IMG/VR virus record: IMGVR_UViG_3300032335_000589
Location: 1-49,087 of that record
Length of the DNA stretch: 49,087 bases
Source: a virus
Taxonomy: Duplodnaviria; Caudoviricetes
Reading direction: 5' to 3' (one strand)
Shown: positions 45,918 to 49,087 of the stretch, piece after piece
Layout of the letters: the number at the start of each line of letters is the position of its first letter
How positions within the stretch are numbered: position 1 is the stretch's first letter
Made by a program: the position numbers and the translations under genes
Notes under the pieces: model-generated
Seen by the model: the letters and a program-made list of their open reading frames with translations, nothing else
Databases searched by the model: none
Told to the model about the DNA's origin: nothing

Positions 45918-48900
45918 ATGCCAGTATATAATAGATTAACAGACCGTCAAAAAGTTTCAGCCGTAACTTTAAACGATATATTTCACGTAGTAGTTACGGG
46001 AGACACAACACAGAGCCCTCAAGGATCATCTTATTATGCACCTTTGAGTGACCTACAAGCACTTTTAAGTGGTTCTACAGGTCCTGCGGGAACTTCAGGG
46101 ACTAGTGGAACTAATGGTTCAAGCGGAACAAGAGGGACAAGCGGAACCAATGGAACATCAGGAACAAATGGAAGTTCGGGAACAAACGGTTCAAGCGGAA
46201 CCAATGGAACATCAGGGACTGGAGGTTCTTCAGGAACTGGAGGTTCTTCAGGAACTTCAGGCTCGAGTGGAACTTCAGGTTCAAGCGGAAGTTCGGGAAC
46301 TAATGGGACAAGTGGAACTAATGGTAGTTCAGGAACAAATGGATCTTCAGGGACTAATGGAACATCAGGGGTTAATGGAACTAGCGGAACAAACGGGACT
46401 AATGGAACTAGCGGATCTTCAGGAACATCAGGAACTAACGGTAGTTCAGGAACATCAGGAACTAACGGAACTAGCGGTAGTTCAGGAACAAATGGTTCTA
46501 GCGGTAGTTCAGGAACAAATGGTTCTAGCGGTAGTTCAGGAACAAATGGAACAAATGGTTCTAGCGGAACTTCAGGGACTAATGGGACTAATGGAACAAG
46601 TGGCACAAATGGAAGTAGTGGAACATCAGGAACTAATGGCACATCAGGCACAAATGGAACCAATGGCACATCAGGCACAAATGGAACTTCAGGAACTAAC
46701 GGAACTAACGGAACAAGTGGAACTAACGGAACATCAGGGACTGATGGTTCAAGTGGCACAAACGGAACATCCGGATCTAGTGGCACAAACGGAACATCCG
46801 GCACAAATGGGACAAGTGGTTCTTCAGGCACAAATGGGACTAATGGGACGAGCGGAACTAATGGAACTTCAGGAACTGATGGTTCAAGCGGCACGAATGG
46901 GACTTCAGGCACGAATGGGACTTCAGGGACTAACGGATCTAGTGGTTCTTCAGGAACTAACGGAACAGACGGCTCAAGTGGGACTAATGGAACTTCAGGG
47001 ACAAATGGCACATCCGGCACGAATGGAACATCAGGCACAAATGGTTCTTCGGGAACAAATGGGACTTCAGGCACTAACGGATCTAGTGGTTCTTCAGGAA
47101 CTAACGGAACTTCCGGCACTAATGGCACAAGTGGAACTAATGGCACCGATGGTTCAAGTGGGACTAACGGAACTAATGGAACTAGTGGTTCTTCAGGAAC
47201 AAATGGAACTAGTGGTTCTTCAGGAACAAATGGGACAAGTGGAACTAATGGAACATCTGGCACAAATGGAACTAGTGGTTCTTCAGGAACAAATGGGACA
47301 TCAGGATCTAGCGGAACAAGTGGTTCTTCAGGAACTGACGGAACAAGTGGAACTGGGTTTTCTGCGGTAACAAATCCTGCCCTTACAAGAATATTAACTT
47401 CTGACAGCACTCCAAATGGAGCAATTGCCCAATCAGGTTTAACGTTTAGTTCAAATACTTTATCATTAAACATTGGAAATATTTCGGGAGTAACCCTAAT
47501 TGATTTTTATACAGGGTCAACAAATCCATCTTCGGTTGGTGGAAGACTTTTCTTTGATAACTCAACAAATGCTTTATCTTATTATGATGTTTTAGGAAGT
47601 AATGTTCCAATTGCTATGGGACAACAATTATACACAAGAGTTTATAACAATACTGGAGTTCAAATCGACAAAGGTAAACTTGTGATGATTACAGGAACAA
47701 CTAATGGTTTGCCAAGTATTGCATTAGCGACTAATAACGATATTATTGGTTCTCCAAGACCAGTTGGTTTGGCAGCAGAAAACATTTTAAATAATGGTCA
47801 AGGATTAGTGTTAAACAACGGTATATTAAGTGGATTAACAATAAACACTTTTAATAATGGTGATACCTTATATCAATCACCAACATCACCAGGTGATTAT
47901 ACAAACTCAACCGCATCATTTCCATTTTCAGCGAGAACAAATGAAATTGGTTATGTTCTTGAAACAGGAACAACATCCGGTAAAATATACGTTAATATAA
48001 ATAATGAAGATACAAATCTTTCATTAACAGACATTGAAAGAAATATTTTAGAGGGAAATGTTATTTCGACAGGTGTATATGAATTTACAGGTATCACGGT
48101 AGCATCACCAACAACAATTAATATTGCCCAAGCAAAAGGATGGATAGTTAAAAACACATACTCATTTGCAACACTACCTGATGTAATTAATATATTTTAT
48201 ACGGGACAAACAGGTGTTACCGTGACAAATATTTCAGGTTATGATGCGACATATATTTTATTAAACAGCGGTGGAACAATAGACCAACAAGGAACTTTCC
48301 CAACACCTCAAGAAAGAAGAGAAAAAATATTTTTGGGTAAAGTCGTCCACCCAAATAGGACATCAATTTTAAATGTAAACAATACAGTAGACTATGATGT
48401 ATCACCTATATCGTCTCTTCGCGATTTGTGGACACCGATAAGATTAATTAATCAGGGTATTACACCATCCCCAAATGGTAGTAATCTATCATTTAACACA
48501 AGTGCTGGATTTTTATGGGGTAATGGTATTAATTGGGCGTCTAACCAATTAGACCCAAATCAAGTATCAATATCGGCAAAAACCCCGGCATCTTTCTTTT
48601 ATAGAACCCAAACAGGTGGAACAAGTGGGTCTGTTACGGTTATTGACCCAACCAAATATGATAATGGTGGGGTAATAACTTCTGTGGGCACTGCAGGTAG
48701 TAATGATGCAACTAATCAAAGAATATTTTTATACCCTACAGGTGTTTTAAATGTGTTATATGGGCAAACGGTTTATGCGACATTAGCTGAGGCCATTTCA
48801 AACATAAACTCAGAAACTTTTGTAACATACCCTAATGCCGCAACCACAGGAATATTAATTGGGATTTTGTCGGTAAGAAATGATATTGTGGCTGATGGAC

Positions 48901-49087
48901 AATACTTAACAAATCCAAGTTATGCTAAATTCACTGCAGTATCAAAATTTGGTGAAAGTTTTGGCGAAACAGGAGGGATTTCAACAACAACTTTACAACA
49001 AGCTTACGACAATTCGACAAACCCTGAAATATTAACCAACTCTACTTTAGGTGCGGTTTCATTTAAACAAGGTAGTGGTTCTAATGC
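45918..49087 (+). CDS. Collagen-like (Gly-Thr/Ser) fibre protein, 3'-truncated by the window; not in the supplied ORF track
   Basis: ATG at 45918 (MPVYNRLTDRQKVSAVTLND...). The frame stays open to the window end. G-X-Y repeat followed by beta-rich domains (YTRVYNNTGVQIDKGKLVMITG, PVGLAAENI). Confidence 0.9.
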   Translation, partial: MPVYNRLTDRQKVSAVTLNDIFHVVVTGDTTQSPQGSSYYAPLSDLQALLSGSTGPAGTSGTSGTNGSSGTRGTSGTNGTSGTNGSSGTNGSSGTNGTSGTGGSSGTGGSSGTSGSSGTSGSSGSSGTNGTSGTNGSSGTNGSSGTNGTSGVNGTSGTNGTNGTSGSSGTSGTNGSSGTSGTNGTSGSSGTNGSSGSSGTNGSSGSSGTNGTNGSSGTSGTNGTNGTSGTNGSSGTSGTNGTSGTNGTNGTSGTNGTSGTNGTNGTSGTNGTSGTDGSSGTNGTSGSSGTNGTSGTNGTSGSSGTNGTNGTSGTNGTSGTDGSSGTNGTSGTNGTSGTNGSSGSSGTNGTDGSSGTNGTSGTNGTSGTNGTSGTNGSSGTNGTSGTNGSSGSSGTNGTSGTNGTSGTNGTDGSSGTNGTNGTSGSSGTNGTSGSSGTNGTSGTNGTSGTNGTSGSSGTNGTSGSSGTSGSSGTDGTSGTGFSAVTNPALTRILTSDSTPNGAIAQSGLTFSSNTLSLNIGNISGVTLIDFYTGSTNPSSVGGRLFFDNSTNALSYYDVLGSNVPIAMGQQLYTRVYNNTGVQIDKGKLVMITGTTNGLPSIALATNNDIIGSPRPVGLAAENILNNGQGLVLNNGILSGLTINTFNNGDTLYQSPTSPGDYTNSTASFPFSARTNEIGYVLETGTTSGKIYVNINNEDTNLSLTDIERNILEGNVISTGVYEFTGITVASPTTINIAQAKGWIVKNTYSFATLPDVINIFYTGQTGVTVTNISGYDATYILLNSGGTIDQQGTFPTPQERREKIFLGKVVHPNRTSILNVNNTVDYDVSPISSLRDLWTPIRLINQGITPSPNGSNLSFNTSAGFLWGNGINWASNQLDPNQVSISAKTPASFFYRTQTGGTSGSVTVIDPTKYDNGGVITSVGTAGSNDATNQRIFLYPTGVLNVLYGQTVYATLAEAISNINSETFVTYPNAATTGILIGILSVRNDIVADGQYLTNPSYAKFTAVSKFGESFGETGGISTTTLQQAYDNSTNPEILTNSTLGAVSFKQGSGSN
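46071..47357 (+). repeat. About 143 consecutive G-X-Y triplets (mostly GTS/GTN/GSS)
   Basis: A ggN codon every 9 nt. The antisense ORF shows Pro every third residue throughout. Confidence 0.92.

Noticed and set aside
46034-47473. 479-aa minus-strand VPLVP ORF and 433-aa alternative-frame plus ORF (46069-47370)
   Set aside because: Both are shadows of the stop-poor collagen repeat. The real frame starts at 45918 and continues into globular domains.
1-49087. Stop-codon reassignment as in some large phages
   Set aside because: Core genes are full length in the standard code, and TAG (6060, 38642), TGA (2280, 4586) and TAA all end genes at sensible positions.
1-49087. tRNAs, introns/inteins, homing endonucleases, integrase or transposase
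   Set aside because: None recognised by eye. terL, portal and MCP read uninterrupted. tRNAscan or Infernal would be needed to exclude small RNAs.

Overview
An AT-rich, gene-dense segment of a large T4-like (myovirus-type, probably jumbo) dsDNA bacteriophage using the standard genetic code. The probable host is Bacteroidota (Flavobacteria-like): there is a TTTG-N20-TAnnTTTG promoter, starts are A-rich without Shine-Dalgarno motifs, and both bS21 and a DUF4494-like gene look Bacteroidota-type. Layout: (1) 1-10.7 kb is the head module (terminase large subunit, portal, prohead protease, scaffold, major capsid protein) with a ribosomal protein bS21 gene on the opposite strand. (2) 10.9-18.8 kb holds putative internal head proteins and baseplate/spike-like genes. 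(3) 18.8-33.5 kb is a minus-strand block with a gp55-like sigma factor, about seven glycosyltransferase-like genes, sugar-modifying enzymes, a cytidylyltransferase, PhoH, a HAD protein, dUTPase and a 3'-5' exonuclease. (4) 33.5-36.2 kb has more putative head proteins, including a stand-alone WYL protein. (5) 36.3-49.1 kb holds fibre/decoration genes: Cys-rich, mucin-like Thr/Pro, coiled-coil, and a ~143-triplet Gly-Thr/Ser collagen gene missing from the ORF track, with a DUF2827 and J-domain pair between the fibres. The main candidate for a novel system is phage-encoded virion protein glycosylation, with a recurring [ST]-[GA]-x-T motif as the candidate acceptor. A second is a late regulon marked by a sense-strand TATTTAT motif, the reverse complement of the T4 late promoter core. 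All family assignments come from motif recognition by eye; no database searches were run.
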